A stretch of 64,000 nt of DNA from contig NC_043005.1 of the NCBI RefSeq assembly GCF_006345805.1, positions 82,646,001-82,710,000 on the forward strand. The letters are read 5' to 3'. Under the pieces are notes generated by a model, which worked only from the letters and a program-made list of their open reading frames with translations, ran no database searches and was not told where the DNA came from. A program made the translations under genes and the position numbers. The DNA is from Octopus sinensis (Eukaryota). Shown here piece after piece: positions 1-14,380 of this stretch (position 1 is its first letter; each line of letters starts with the position of its first letter).

Positions 1-240
1 ATCCAGGCGGATTCACACATGTAGGTAGTGAGGGTAAATTAAGGTTCATCGTCTTACCACACAATTTAACCCCACAATCCAACTAGGATACAATTGTAAC
101 CGGCATGACATTATATCAATGATATCTGTGTGAATTCTTATTATTAGAGAAGAAGATATTTAAGTATATACAACTGACCCTAACATCAAGAGCTACAATA
201 TTCAATTCTGTAACTTAATGAATGATATTGAATGGTATAC

Positions 241-469
241 AAGGCGGCGAGCTGGCAGAATCGTTAGCACGCCGGGCGAAATGCTTAGCAGTATTTCGTC
301 TGCCGTTACGTTCTGAGTTCAAATTCCATCGAGGTCGACTTTGCCTTTCATCCTTTCGGGGTCGATTAAATAAGTACCAGTTACGCACTGGGGTCGATAT
401 AATCGACTTAATCCGTTTGTCTGTCCTCTCTGTGTTTAGCCCCTTTTGAGTGGTAAATAAATAGAAATA
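241..469 (+). mobile_element. tRNA-derived SINE, family A (AAGGCGGCGAGCTGGCAGAA head), with TSD
   Basis: Same head/core recurs at 24688, 26563, 43155 and inverted at 23840, 26820, 47800. A/B-box-like motifs (TGGCAGAATCG; GAGTTCAAATTCC). GAATGATATTGAA at 220-232 and 470-482 is a likely TSD. Confidence 0.9.
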
Positions 470-2679
470 GAATGATATTGAAGGCAACTAACCAAGCCAA
501 TAATAACCATTCTAGCTAAAATAGAAAAAAATATCTTCTTTGATTGAAAAATAAGATTGTGAAGGAATCGTAGTTAGTGATTTTCATTGTACAATTCAGA
601 GGTCAGTGAACCATGACGTTTTAAACAGGATAACAGAACAGAAACTGGCTTTGGATATCAAATATTATATGTTCTGTCTAAATATTTCATTCGTTGATCG
701 CGTGACGGCTTCAAGATTGGATGGTATTAATGTGGAAGAACGTTTAATGTACATCCATTAAAATGTACTGAAAATTGATTGAAATTCCATTACCGCATAT
801 TCACTTCATTTATAATCATCTGTTCCACGTTGGAATTTGGCCTCAGAACATAAATGCACCAAACATTTCCACCATATATTTCAAGAACTGACAGGTGTAG
901 TTTTTTGTTGTTGATGTGGTTGTTGTTGTTTTCGTTGTTCTTGCTGTTGTTGTTCTTGATCTTGTTGCGTTTAACTCTAAATTGGCCTTGCCTGAACATA
1001 CGATCATATTCCAGACTTAACCACGCTGGAATAAACTTCCAATATATCCTTTCTATTGTAAAGACAGTAGATTTTTGTTGCTATTTCTAGCAGGTAAAGT
1101 AACCACATAAATGATTTTTGTTGGTTTGTATTTAGTTGCTTAATTAAATGCATGAGGTTCCACTTTTATGTGAGAAAGTTCGAGAAGTCATCACTTAGAG
1201 GTTTGTTTTTTTCAATAATGCGTCACCTCCATAGCTTTCTGGTTTGCAGAACTGAAATCGATATTTTAACTTGCTTCTGGTAACAGAAGAATCTTTAACT
1301 ATCTGACTAGATGCTTGAATATGGGGATGGTCTCGTTTATAAAATAGGAAATTAACAAATCCTTTTGATTTTCTGCACTTGGTAGCCTTCTTGAAAGACG
1401 TAAATCAATATCAGGTTTCTTTTGCTTCGCTTTTGATGTGAAAATCAGTAAAATTCCTTCCTCAAATCACACGTCATGTATATTGTAATGACATTAAAAT
1501 CCACGGCTCATGGCTACAAAAAGCCAATAAGTTATCTGCTCAGACATTTCACTTCACATAAAAGTCATTAAATTTTACTTTTCAGATCTCTATATTTGAG
1601 GATTCATACGTTTCGTAATGTTAATCAAACTTAAACCAAATGACTGCAATATCTCTCTTTCAAAGAGAACACATTTATTATTAGTCTGGAATACAATGCA
1701 TTAATGATGTTTCTATAAAACGAAAATGGACGATGAAATGTCTGGAGATTTGCATTGAATTTTTATACATTTTTCATCGCATCCATTTACGAATCCGTTT
1801 TCTACGAGCGCGAATCCTGAGAAGGTCGAGTGAGTAGATTCCTTAGTGTCCTCCATAAAGCTCCTATCAGGAATAACCGTCATTAAAATTTCCAGCTGGA
1901 TTCCCAGATGTGAGCAACTGAGACTATGGATCTTATCCCACTATCTCGATCTTCACCCACAAGCTGGTCTCCAGTTGATAGGCTCAGTTTCACGATATCC
2001 TCTCGTGGTTCTTTTCTGCGATATTCTAATCACATGGGAGAAGTGTCCACCGACATCTTTGAGATCAACACAATGTTCTGCATAAACAGATGCAGATCAA
2101 TCGTTTCACGATAAAAATGTACAAACTGGGTGCGGGGCCTAATGAGGCAACATCATGAGGAAGAAGGGCTGCTTGTAGTTGTTAGTGAATGTCTGCAAGG
2201 GGGATAGATACAATACTGATAAAAGGAAGGAAAAATTATTCAACTTGGGATGCAGGAGTGGTGGTGGCGTGTTATCGGGTATCGGGCAGAGAATACAGTT
2301 TGAGGGACATTCGGCTGCTGTTTTAATTGGTTGTTATTTCAACTAAAATAATAAATCATATTAAAAAATATTCCGGTTTCCTCTCTCATAAAAGTCTGAT
2401 TACCATGAATTGTGTTGTGCATAAGAAACACTGTACGTTTTATGAGAATATATTATCCACTAACTTGCGTAAAAGGAGTTTGTTGCTTCATGAATGAATA
2501 TATTAAGCATAAAAGATACATTTAAGTTACAATAAATTAGGATACGAATTTCGAGTGATGTTAAACATAATATGTAGTGTGTCTACAGAGAGAAACAACG
2601 TAAAACAGCTCCATTAGCGTAACTGTGACACATTTCTACAACAAATATGTATGGATAAATGATTAACTGTTTGCCTTGT

Positions 2680-3150
<471 letters not shown>

Positions 3151-4809
3151 AAGACAATAGATGCTGGGGTCCATTTGCTTGACTGAACCCTTCAAAGTGG
3201 AGCCGGTGCACCAACAATGCCGAAGTTCAATGACTTCGTTCAAAGTTCTAAGTTTAGCGTATTAGAATATATTGTCTACAAAGTCATATGCTGTGAGATA
3301 GGAAATAATATTGAGTATACCTAAAATCAGTATAGTTCCATTATAGTAAATTTTCGAATGTATGTGGGTGGAATGTTACACTGGAAGTCATTTTAAGATA
3401 TGTCCCTTACGTTCTAAGTTCCATAAGACTCAATTTCTTTGTTTCATAAACAAATGTATCCGTCATACACAAGGCAAGGACTTTAAGCTCAATTAAGACC
3501 TCACTCGTAATTTTTGACCGTGGGGGTAATTTTCAGACGCGAAATTGTAAATCATTGTAAAAGAAAATATAATGCGGTACTTGCTATATTATTTAGATTA
3601 TGCAGAATGATGTTATAAAAATTAAAAAAAGACACATTGTGGCTATTTTAGTAGAGTAGACGCATACTATATATATTTTATAGTCAGTATTGTGCCAAGC
3701 TATGGTTTAATGACGTATGTGTTTAATATTCTAGTAAACGTCATGCAATGCAACTAAATACTTCAGTATTTCAAACAATATGTGAACTTTACGTGAATCT
3801 TCAGCTGAACGTACTTTGTGAAATAATCGATTGTAGACAAAGAAAAAATATAGAGCCATGAATTACGTCAATAACATTGATTTGTTCGCAGCTGGCTTAA
3901 GACCAAGTTCTACACAGTAAGATAGGGAGATATTTTATAAAATATTCCTTAATATGTAACTGGTGTATATCTATCGCTATATATGACTGTTACTAATAAC
4001 TAACTATTTTATTTGCATGGCAATAACACAGCAAGCAGTGGAAATAACTAAATTCTGTACAATTCTATGATGTGCATAGTGAAACGACAGAGGGAGTTAT
4101 GAAATACATTGAATCATTCAACGATTTTCTGGGAAGCGGGTGTTCTACCAAAATGCACTTCACTTTGGTGGGCTTTATTAAAATGATTAACCTTTTCATT
4201 AATTGGTTTATGAAGTTGGTTTAATACAAAGGCTCCCATCTAAAAATATAATTGCGTGCTTTAATTAAATATGGATAAATTTAAAACAGATAGTTGCTTA
4301 ATAAAGACCGAAAGGCGGATCCAGGTTAGTTGGTACAACATGATTGATTTAATTTGTCAATCTATATTGATTTCAATGTGTGCCAAGGTTGATTTTGTAT
4401 TTTATTTCTTTGTTCGTTTTAAAAAATAGGACACCAGTAATATTTTTGAAATCAATATAATCAACTGAAACTGTTACATTTTCTGTATGGAATATTGATG
4501 TTTTTCTTTAACTAAATTAAAAATACCCAATCTATAATTTATATAACAATCACCTTCCTCTCTAATTCACTCACCCAAAATAACTGGTCTACACTTCCGG
4601 TGAAATTTCAAATCACAGAGTGCATAAAACAAAAGATTTAATACTGCAATTGTCTCGTGTCTAAACTGTCATCGGCACTTGTGAAAGTAAACTTTCTGAC
4701 AGGTACTTTAGATTAAGATTAGTGTTCGCACGCAACCATTTTGGTATCCTATGTTGCCGATATATTAAACGAGTGGCTTCGCATAAAGCATTTTGTAAAA
4801 TCTAATATC

Positions 4810-5030
4810 TTGCATAGGTTTCAGTCATAGGAATGCGTCTACGGTGGGACATAGCCTTGGAGGGTGTTAGTCGAAGAAATTGGCCCCAGTACTAATTTCT
4901 TTTCATAACTCTGGTACTTATATTATCAGACTCTCTTGCGACCGCTAATTAACGGGTATATAAAAAAAAACCAACGCCAGTTGTCAAACGGTGGTGCGGA
5001 AAAAATGGAAGCACAAAGACACATACGCTT
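4810..5030 (-). mobile_element. SINE family B, 3' half
   Basis: TTTCAGTCAT...TAGTCGAAGAAAT...GGTACTTAT...ACCGCTAA...GTTGTCAA matches 61760-61950 on the same strand. Confidence 0.6.
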
Positions 5031-5659
5031 ACTCAGTATAACTTTGATAACTTTGATAGGTTTCGGCCAGTATAGGCCCATGCCATGTCTAACTCAATAG
5101 CACCACCTGGTGAAGTCTTTTAGTCATATATGGGGCACCACTCTAACAGAGAGTTATTATTGTTGGAGACATATCCGGGTGTAGGAGGTTGGTCCAGGAT
5201 GTTTTGAAGAAATTTGTCCAGTAAACATTTGAATTTTATAGCATCCTTTCCCGTTATGACGTATTTTGGTATCCGTTTACGTTATGACGTATTGAAGAGA
5301 GCTGGACCGGTTGAGGTAAAGTAATTGTGTCGTAATATTGCTATGTGTACCGAGTTCGATTTTTGTAGTGTGCGATAGCACAAGGACCAAGTCTTAGGTG
5401 GATTTTAAAATTGATGCACATCATTTATGCAATAGTGATGGAATATTTTTCACATAACACAAATTATGTAGCGCTCCCGGTGGCGTTGGAGAGAGTAGAG
5501 ATTGAGTTGTTTTAGTCGACCCCAATAATCAATGACTCTCATGCCGTCTATCGTTTTTGTTATTGATCCCTGGAGTGATTATACTTTGATAATAAGTTGT
5601 TTCATATGGAGAAACCAGTGGGCAACAGTATTCAAGGTGGGGGGGGGGGCAAGCAACAG

Positions 5660-6115
5660 TAGAGTAGAGAAGGATGATGCGGTAGGCCTCTCTAGACCTT
5701 GCTGTTTACGTGGGAATTCCAGCTTCGATTGTTATCAACAATCACTCCAAGATCTCTGGTATTGTTGTATGATACTAGGGGGCCGCTCGAGAGAAGATTA
5801 TATTGTAATTTCAGAGTTTCCTACCTTCCCAAAGTGGATCGAATCAGACTTATCCTCATTTAAAAGCATATTGTTTTTTCCGCGCATTGAACAATAGCAA
5901 ACAGATCTGACTGAAGGCATCTTTGGTCTCTCATACCAATTATGGCTTTCTGGAGTTTGGAATATTCTGCGAAGATTTTCAATGTAGAACGTTTGATGAC
6001 ACCTACTATGTCGTTGATAAATAATGAAGAGGAATGGACCCAACTGAGTACCTTGTTGGACACCACTACTGACCTTTCGCTGAGCTGGATCGTGTTCCCT
6101 CAAACACAACATGTT
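5660..6115 (-). mobile_element. Degenerate non-LTR retrotransposon reverse transcriptase fragment (CR1/L2/Jockey-like)
   Basis: Frameshifted translation VSSGVQQGTQLGPFLFII / INDIVGVIKRSTLKIFAEYSKL (decayed FADD) / QSDL / NNMLLNEDK / DLGVIVDNN..WNSHV, matching RT motifs SGVPQGxxLGPLLF, YADD and DLGV. Confidence 0.85.
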
Positions 6116-6159
6116 GGGTTCTGTATATATATATTTATATATACAAATATATATATATA

Positions 6160-6315
6160 ACGAGCTTCCAAATAGTTTCCGTCAACCATATTCACTGAGA
6201 AGGCACTGGTCGACCAGAGGCTATTGTAGAAGACAATTTGCTAAAATGCCACGCGAGTGAGACAGAGCCACACGTTTGCAAAGCGACCTTAACTACAAAA
6301 CCATGCCTGTGCCTT
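6160..6315 (-). mobile_element. SINE family B head/core fragment
   Basis: TTTCCGTCAACC...AAGGCACTGGTCGACC..GGCTATTGTAGAAGACA matches 61997-62147. Confidence 0.65.
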
Positions 6316-9300
6316 AGCTATGTTATTTGTTCTCTTGATACCCTTTGGAATGTCATAAGTCCTACCATCTCTCACTTACAATATCTCCCTATATCTTTCT
6401 CTCAAGTCACTTTCGCCCTGTTCTCTGATAATTCTGATATTATAGAATTTATTTATCTATAATACATAGTCGTAGCTTATCTCTAATACAGAGTCGTATC
6501 TTGTGATATCGCTTCAGGCACGATTTTGTCCTCAATAAGTTTGCTTTGCAATCGACGCAGCTTCGTACTCGCCCCCACGGTGTTGCACCTTGGAAAAGTG
6601 TCTTCTATAAACAACCTGGAGTTAAGCAAAGGAAAGTAGAACCGAGGAGACAGAAATTCCAAGAAAGCCTGTCAGATGATATATACCTATTTTTACGGCG
6701 TAGACTTAACCTGTCACTTTGTTCTGCACCAATATCTAACACTTGGATGACGTAAGCGTTCTCTGCCTTGCTGCATGCATTCGGCTTAGGTCTCTAACAT
6801 GAGAATTGTATCTTGCGTTTTCTCCACAATTTTCCAAATTGCTGGAAAGGTCATATTTTAAGCTATTTCGCCTCTGGCAAATTCATAACAAAAATAATAA
6901 AAATAATTAACTCTAATGCCACATGTTTAATAAACATGACTACTTCTATGAATTTCAAATGTACTTGATATTGAATTTAGCAGTGAACATGCGTCAGCTT
7001 TAAAATTTATAAAACAACATCAGGAAATACCAGAGAAATCTCCTTCAGATATTCATATCGAGAAATGCTATACATTAGCCTTCACTTCTGAACAACTGAA
7101 CAGTATAAAAAATAATTAATGATAAAATAAAATAGAGTAATAGAAAATATTTGTTTCGAACGATATGCCAAGAAAATCCGTTTGTAGAAAAATTGTTTGT
7201 AAATATCGCTGTCTATCCAAAGAAACATTTTGTTTTATTTTTCCAAGCGATTTTTATGACTCACAAGTTGAATGGCTGATGCAGCGGTGCTGTCAGAACA
7301 AATGAACAGATATGCCCATCAAACCACGGAAAAAAAGACAAGAAATGAGAAAAAAAAACTGTTTCGCTAACATTTGTTTGCGTTAGTGCATTGCTCTTGG
7401 TAAATAAAGTTTAATAACACCTTCAGCCTACAGAAAAATCTGAATGAGGAATTAATTGAATCACAGCATTAGAATGTCATCTTCAATTTCATTTAACTTA
7501 CGTTAGAAACGTGTCAGATGTCATTTCACTGCTTCAGATATCGTTTAGGAAAATTTCTACTTTATTTAATAATAATGCATAATTCTCATTTTAACATGAA
7601 TTGGTTTTCTTTCACTTTTTAGTTTCCCCTAATTCTTGTTATATATTAAAAGAGAATGGACGAGGACAAGGAATGAAGCAGTTATAAAATAAATTGGTAA
7701 GTAAAAGGAATTGCGATGTCTCGACATTTAAAACGACAAAAGTTTTTTTACCAAACATAAACACTATTTGTGATTCAATCATATTTTATTGAGGTTAGAT
7801 ATTTAAAGAAAAATATATATGAAAACTTATAAGTTCAGGAGAGACTACACTTCTTTCTATAAGAACATGATTTGAAAATTGTTGTTGACGTTCCTTCTTC
7901 AAACTCTGATTGTCAACACTTATGTTCAGAAGTATTCTAACTATATTGTTGCATACGAAACCGTATTATTTAAGTTTGATTTCCATTTGAACAGACAAGG
8001 GCATTTGGTTGCCACTATTTTTAGCCAATCGAGCAAACACGTTGCATCTTCTATGCGAAATCCATTTCCTCTAAGCCGATTTAACCTTTTACCTCTACCC
8101 AAGATGTCCCTTTCCGTGTAAACGAAATACCTTCTAAGCCATTTCTAGCACTCGCCTATCACGTTATTATTGCTATGCGCGTGTACATGCATATAAATTA
8201 GTGAATCATTGGTTGCTAACCAATTATAAGGAACATTAGATGGTATGGCCCTTTTTCCTGCGTTGAAACTTCAATACCTACGGCCATCTGATATAAACGT
8301 TCATGTAGTGATTCATTAGAAGTAGATAAGCAACACTGTTATATGTCAAGTGCCGAGACATTGACAAAAATGTGAGGATTTCAGCTAAACTAATTGATTC
8401 AAACAACACCATTGCATAGTGCCTTTATGCTCGGATGGGCTTTTTACGTGATAATATCGTAACGCTGAATATTTATACACTGTACAAGTGCAATAAATAG
8501 AATCAATTCATTGATCTATTGTAATATCGATTTATCATCATCTATCTGGTTGTAAAGTATAAGACTAAGCGGTTATGTTGTTAATATGAATGCCTGAATG
8601 GATTAAAAGCCCTATGGAACTGAGCAGCTGATGAACTGATACACAACAAAATGTTCCTTGAATCAATATGACTAATCACATACAAATTTTTTTTTTCTTT
8701 ATGTGTCAATTTGTGATTGATAAAAAAGGAATTTACTTTGGAGTATAAAACTTCAAATAAATCGTTCAATCATTGAAAAACATAATGGCTGTACAAAATA
8801 GATTTCTTTCACAAATTTGAAGGATTTGCCTATTGGCATTTTTTTATAAACTCCCTTTGAGTAATTCAAAGAAGCCTTTATAAGCTGCATGGAAGGATTA
8901 AGGACCCTTACTCGGAACATATAAATTATATCAAGTAATATCCCTGTATCTTACTATTAACACAAAACACTGAAATATCTTTGTTTTCTTTGAATTTGAT
9001 CGATATATATTTTGAGAGGTTTCTTTACCTTATATTACTGATTGAAATCTATTGATAATCCAATCATATTCTATAATCCATCACAATGTTTATCCTATTA
9101 AACAGGTAACAAGCACAATATCGTGTTTTTCTTCGTATTCTTCGTATTACAAGATATATATTATCGTAAATTTGTTTTCATATTTCTCCTGTTTTATATT
9201 TCATTACACTCCATTTTATTCAATTATACATATCTACATTATCACAATACATATTATGCTTCTGTATATAATGAATAAAACATGGAATGCAGGATAATTA

Positions 9301-10022
9301 ATATTGAAAAAGAAAATATGAGATCCAAATTTTCATGCTGAACTTGACGCCAATATGAAAACAAACAATAATGCTTATGTAGCGTTCGTAAAAGAAGTTT
9401 GTCTTTGTATTTTGGATGATAACGATATGTCTACATATACATTATCATGAATATGCTATAAGATATAGAGTGAGAATTTTATGTTTCTTTTTATTTGATA
9501 TTAAGAAGATAAACAGAAATTCTTCTCCAGAGTATTATACGTTCAGATTTTATAAATATATATTTTTTAAATTTTTAAACATATCAACGTATCAGTTTAT
9601 AAATTTCAGAAATATATATGCAACATTTTCTCTAGATATATACATTATAGAGATACTCAATATGTGAAATGATTCTCAGAAGAAATTATAAGTACAAACG
9701 TTAATGACTGAATAAACACATATACTGTGCATTGTTTTTGGCGACGCTTAGTACGAAAAATATTTCTGATGCCTACTAAAGCACCACAGTTCATATTGAA
9801 AAGATGTTACAAGGTTTTCTCTGTGGTCAGCATTTTTTCTGATTTCGTCTCCTCAGTAATTAATAGTAAATCATTTCTGTACGATTTATGAGAAAATGAC
9901 GACCAAAATGAACTGGATAGTTGAAATATTTTTAGCATACCGTCCGTATTTGTGATGTGAGATATAGACGTGTGTATCAAAAGTATATGCTTGTAGTTCG
10001 TGTATGTGCGTATGTATGCGTG

Positions 10023-10025
<3 letters not shown>

Positions 10026-10101
<76 letters not shown>
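10026..10101. repeat. (TG)n microsatellite
   Basis: Perfect dinucleotide run; one of dozens of (TA)n, (CA)n, (TATG)n, (GATA)n and (AAT)n arrays that generate most ORFs in the track. Confidence 0.98.
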
Positions 10102-10103
<2 letters not shown>

Positions 10104-10559
10104 GTATATGCGAGTGGACAACTTTGGACCATCTGATAGAAGAAATTGCAGCATTTGTTTCAACACGTTAATTTTAAATCCCACCGTGGTCAACTTTGCC
10201 TTTAATCATTTCAGTTTTCATAAGTAAATGACCGTCCCAGAACTGGGGCGTATGGTGCTGATGATGATAAGGAAGCTGAAGATGCTTATTCTGGTGGTGC
10301 TGAGTATGGTGACGATGATAGATGCGATGACGAAGATGATTTGACAGCGTATACTTATTCTTATTCCTTGGTTTCGTCCTTCTTTCCTTCACTATTTTTC
10401 TCTGGAAAGAGTTCAGCTATGTTCAGTCTCGGATCGGTGTCATTTCCATGTTGAAGATAAAATAAGCAAATGATGCCCCATGTCATGATGTTGCCTCGTC
10501 GACTCTACAAAAATTTACGGCTCCCAGACGCATACACACACACACACATATACATACAA

Positions 10560-10597
<38 letters not shown>

Positions 10598-11011
10598 CCT
10601 TTCTAATGCTAGAACATTAAAACAGATGAAAAGTCGTCTATGGTTACTAACTCCGCTAGAACTAGCAATTATAATTCGTGCAAATTCTTTCAAATTCCAT
10701 GTATTTATAATATATAGAAAGGAGGCGTTCAATCGCAATTACCCCATGTCTGAATAAAATACAGAAGGGTCATATCCGTTATTTTTACAATTGTAGGTTT
10801 GGATATCATTTATAAGAATTGCCGAAGGGGTACAAAGGAATGCAAATCTTGCAGATTTTAAGAATATTCAAGGTAAATATGATTATTCCAACTAAGGAAG
10901 CTCTCTATGCAGTTACTACATTCACCGGAAATGAGACTTAAATCTTCTTTTGATCAAACACCTCGAGCTTGTATGTAATGGATTAACACATAACAGTTTT
11001 CCTGTATATAC

Positions 11012-11048
<37 letters not shown>

Positions 11049-11114
11049 AAGTGAGAATTTACAACAAAAAAAACAGAAGACGAAGATGGGTGTGTAAACT
11101 ACAAACAGATGTAT

Positions 11115-11570
11115 TAGTTTAACGCTCGGGAAGTGAGAAAGATATGCGGCCCATATGACATCAAGACAGTATTCAAGAGTAATACAACACTTCTCAAATA
11201 TCTCTTTCGGGTAGAACCACCAATAGAAAAGAATATGACCAAAAACTGCGTGTACTCCATCCCATGCAGCTGTGGTAGGTTACACAAAGGCGAAACATAC
11301 CGCCTCCTCAAAATAAGGGTAGAGGAGCATCACAAAGCTGTGACACGAGAAGATATTGATAGATCGAGTATAGCTGATAATGTATGGAAAAATGGAGACC
11401 ACTTCCCCTTGTGGCGTGAAGTTTAAATAATAGACAGAGAAGACCACTGGAAAATACGAAAACTAAAAGAAGCAGCACATATGCTAGGACACAACAACCT
11501 TCTAAGCAGACCGAGTGTAGATATGAGTAGCATATGAGAACCGGTATTAAGGAAGGTTAGGAAAATAGTA
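11115..11570 (+). mobile_element. Penelope-like element 3' fragment, GIY-YIG endonuclease relic
   Basis: RKICGPYDIKTVFKS...NCVYSIPCSCGRLHKGET.R.LKIRVEEH...SSIADNVW..GDHFPLWREV*IIDREDHWKIRKLKEA: VYxIPCxCG/YIGET/R/EH/E pattern of PLE GIY-YIG domains, with in-frame stops. Confidence 0.9.
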
Positions 11571-11603
11571 GATTTATAAGCCCTGAAAATTCACTCCATA
11601 ATT

Positions 11604-11673
11604 GCCCACAGGCGTAGTGGTTAAGAGCGTGGGCTACTAGCCCCAAGATTCCGAATTCAATTCCAAGCAGTGA

Positions 11674-11768
<95 letters not shown>

Positions 11769-11789
11769 GTAATAATAATAATAATAATA

Positions 11790-11831
<42 letters not shown>

Positions 11832-11955
11832 CAACAACAACAATAACATCGAAAAATTCCGTAGGAATGAGAACCCAGGCTGGAGGGTATATCAGCCGAA
11901 ACGCTGTGCTAACAACAAACAAGATGAGGACAAATATCAGTCAAATGTAAATATT
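11604..11955 (+). mobile_element. SINE with tRNA-like head, (AAT)n body and PLE-type 3' tail
   Basis: A box AGTGGTTAAGAGC and B-box-like GAATTCAATTCC (11604-11677); (AAT)n 11678-11826; tail contains GGCTG-N10-CAGCC-GAAACG (11878-11903). Confidence 0.7.
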
Positions 11956-11994
11956 TTTCCCTTACGTTTGTTTGCTTCTTATGGCCTTAATTCG

Positions 11995-13040
11995 CCACCT
12001 CTCTTCATCTAACACCAACCCCACACATATCCATACATACACACTTCACACCCTTCACTGCCCCTCCCCACCACCACAACGTCTGTACACCGCCTAACTC
12101 ACACACATCATTGTACAAACATCCATACACACTGTTCAAGTCAGTACCCACACCACACCCCATTACGCACACATCCACACACACACAATAAATGCACTCA
12201 CACACACCTTCTCACTCCAGACACACTAGCACACAACGTGTCCCTGTACCAACACAACACACCATTATGCACACATACACAAACACACACTCCTAGCACT
12301 AACACGTACACGCGTGCACACATCACGCGAACAAGCATACAGAAACTGCTAGGCACAAGCGTTTGCCCACACACGCACACACATACATACACGCTCACGA
12401 TAGATTCATACGCATACTACACACACCCTCACACACATATACACACGTCCATACGCACAGGAAACACAAATATACGATACAGACATCACTCAATACAACG
12501 CTCACACTAGTTTATTTATACACATATACACATGCTGTCATACGCACACATAAGCTCGAGCGTTTGCACACACACGATAACCTAACACATATTATTCACA
12601 GCCTCACTCACATATACACACGTCCATACGCGCACACACGTGCAAATACAGGAAATGCACGCAATAGGTTAATTATACAAATACACCCACACGCTTCTAT
12701 ATGCAAACAGAGCTCACATAATTTTAAGCTCGCCCACACATACATTCACACGCGTTCGCCCCCATTCGCACATACACACTGACACACACCATCCTCACAT
12801 ACACACACTCGCTTGCGCACCCTAGGTCAATCGAGTTACTGTTATTATTTCCCTTTCATTCAACCTCTGTCATCCGGTTATTTCATTATGTTAACTCCCC
12901 ACGAATAATTTTCTCTCCGCTTTTTTTCGTTCTCCTCTCTCCCACTTTCTCTCTCTCTCACTTTCTCTCTCTCTCTTTCTCTTTCTCTCTCTCTCTCTTT
13001 CTCTCTCTCTCTTCTCTCTCTCTCTTTCTCTCTCTCTCTC

Positions 13041-13072
<32 letters not shown>

Positions 13073-13200
13073 AATCTCTCTCTTTCTGAATCCTTTCCGT
13101 TGAAGAGCGTAGGCTCGAAATGTTATTAGCTTTTCCAATCTTCCCGAGTTTCAAACTAATACTACTTGTTATTGCCTCACTTGTCTTCGTCTTTTGTTTT
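11995..13200 (+). mobile_element. Non-autonomous PLE-derived repeat (CA-rich, CT-rich body, HHR-like motif near 3' end)
   Basis: 3' end TTGAAGAGCGTAGGCTCGAAA...ACTAATAC...GTCTTCGTCTTTTGTTT is shared with the minus-strand copy at 30975-31960. 5' boundary approximate. Confidence 0.55.
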
Positions 13201-13895
13201 CTCTATCGATTTTACGTGGAGGAATTTGGTAAACAGTTCTATCGGATTTGCTGCGAATATTTGAAGAACGGATACAGCACATTAAAAATTGTGCATGCAG
13301 GGGTGGAGATCAGAATTTTGTTAGCATGGATATCCTGTTAAAAAGAAAGATTGTTCATTATGTCCTCTTTCTCTATACGATGAAAGAAATGACCTGCTGT
13401 GCAGCCTTTGGCTATGAATTTTAGTTACCTATACGGTCAGTTCGGTAGTCTTCTTTCAACTCACCTCGATCCTCCATTGTGACCACGAAGAACACAACTT
13501 TAGTTCACATCGTTAGCGTTCTCCCACATATTTTATGTTTTAAAATACACCGTGCACACTAGGTTCTCATATTTATGGCATCATTCTGCACCTAGTGTGA
13601 CTAGGTTATATACCCTTCTCAGATCTTGAAATTTCAGAAATTTCAAAGCTGTTTCTGTTGTGCAGACGGAGGCTTAAAGCAATAACTATCCAATATTCTT
13701 TTCTCCTCTTGGCAGAGGAAATTAATTTCATAGTTTAATTTGTGTCAACGCAAATGAACACGAATTACTTCAGTTTCAAAATTTTTGTACACACAAAACA
13801 CACACACACACATATATATGTGTGTGAGTGTGTACGCATGTATGCTTGTATATGTGTATGCGTATGTACGTGTGTTTTACATACCTTCACACCCT

Positions 13896-13944
<49 letters not shown>

Positions 13945-13998
13945 CCTTTATATAAGGTATATACATATATCCGTGTGTATATATGTGTGTGTGTATTA

Positions 13999-14380
13999 CA
14001 GGGTGAGATGGATAAATTGTCACCATTTTATATTGTTAATTCGTGCATGCGCATCATTTGTTTTTGACTTTTCGACTTCACAGTATAGTTGGGTCAATTG
14101 TGCACCATCTGTAAGAAAAACAGTACCATGATGCAATTCAGTCTGCCACAAATTTGGAAACGACATACTGTACTGCTAGGCATTTGCGCAGAAAGCTCCA
14201 ACACGAACATGTCAGAGTGTTTGGGTGTCAATCTGAGGACATGTACCGAGAGGGATAAAAATCAAACGCCTAATCAACATCATAGAGTTTCCCCTGAACA
14301 CTTGTAATGCTAACGTTATGCCTCAATTCATCTTCCCAACCGACCTCGCACTCAACACGGGACCATGTCCAGATCTCTTA
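13999..14380 (+). mobile_element. Internally deleted Tc1/mariner (maT-like) element, 5' end
   Basis: TA|CAGGGTG terminus. Translation QFSLPQIWKRHTVLLGI.AESSNTNMSECLGVNLRT (N-terminal HTH region) is joined to VMPQFIFP..L.LNT from the catalytic region. Confidence 0.65.

Noticed and set aside
222-449. Repeated ORFs such as GGELAESLARRAKC..RLPLRSEFKF (also 24498-24815, 26440-26799)
   Set aside because: Translations of SINE family A, not a gene family
1790-2160. GC-richer segment that may be a TE coding fragment (similarly 37920-38320, 46000-46400, 47040-47330)
   Set aside because: No recognisable motif in any frame
5055-5100. Minus-strand GGCC-N6-GGCC-GAAAC stem (similar at 39620-39650 and 18910-18940)
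   Set aside because: CUGANGA core or stems absent or broken; too degenerate to call a ribozyme
7623-7696. Good acceptor and GTAAGT donor around 74 nt
   Set aside because: Stops in all three frames; could only be UTR or lncRNA, and nothing else supports it
11604-11677. tRNA-like A/B boxes (also 34740-34802, 39930-40000)
   Set aside because: No complete cloverleaf, and each is attached to a SINE body; these are not tRNA genes
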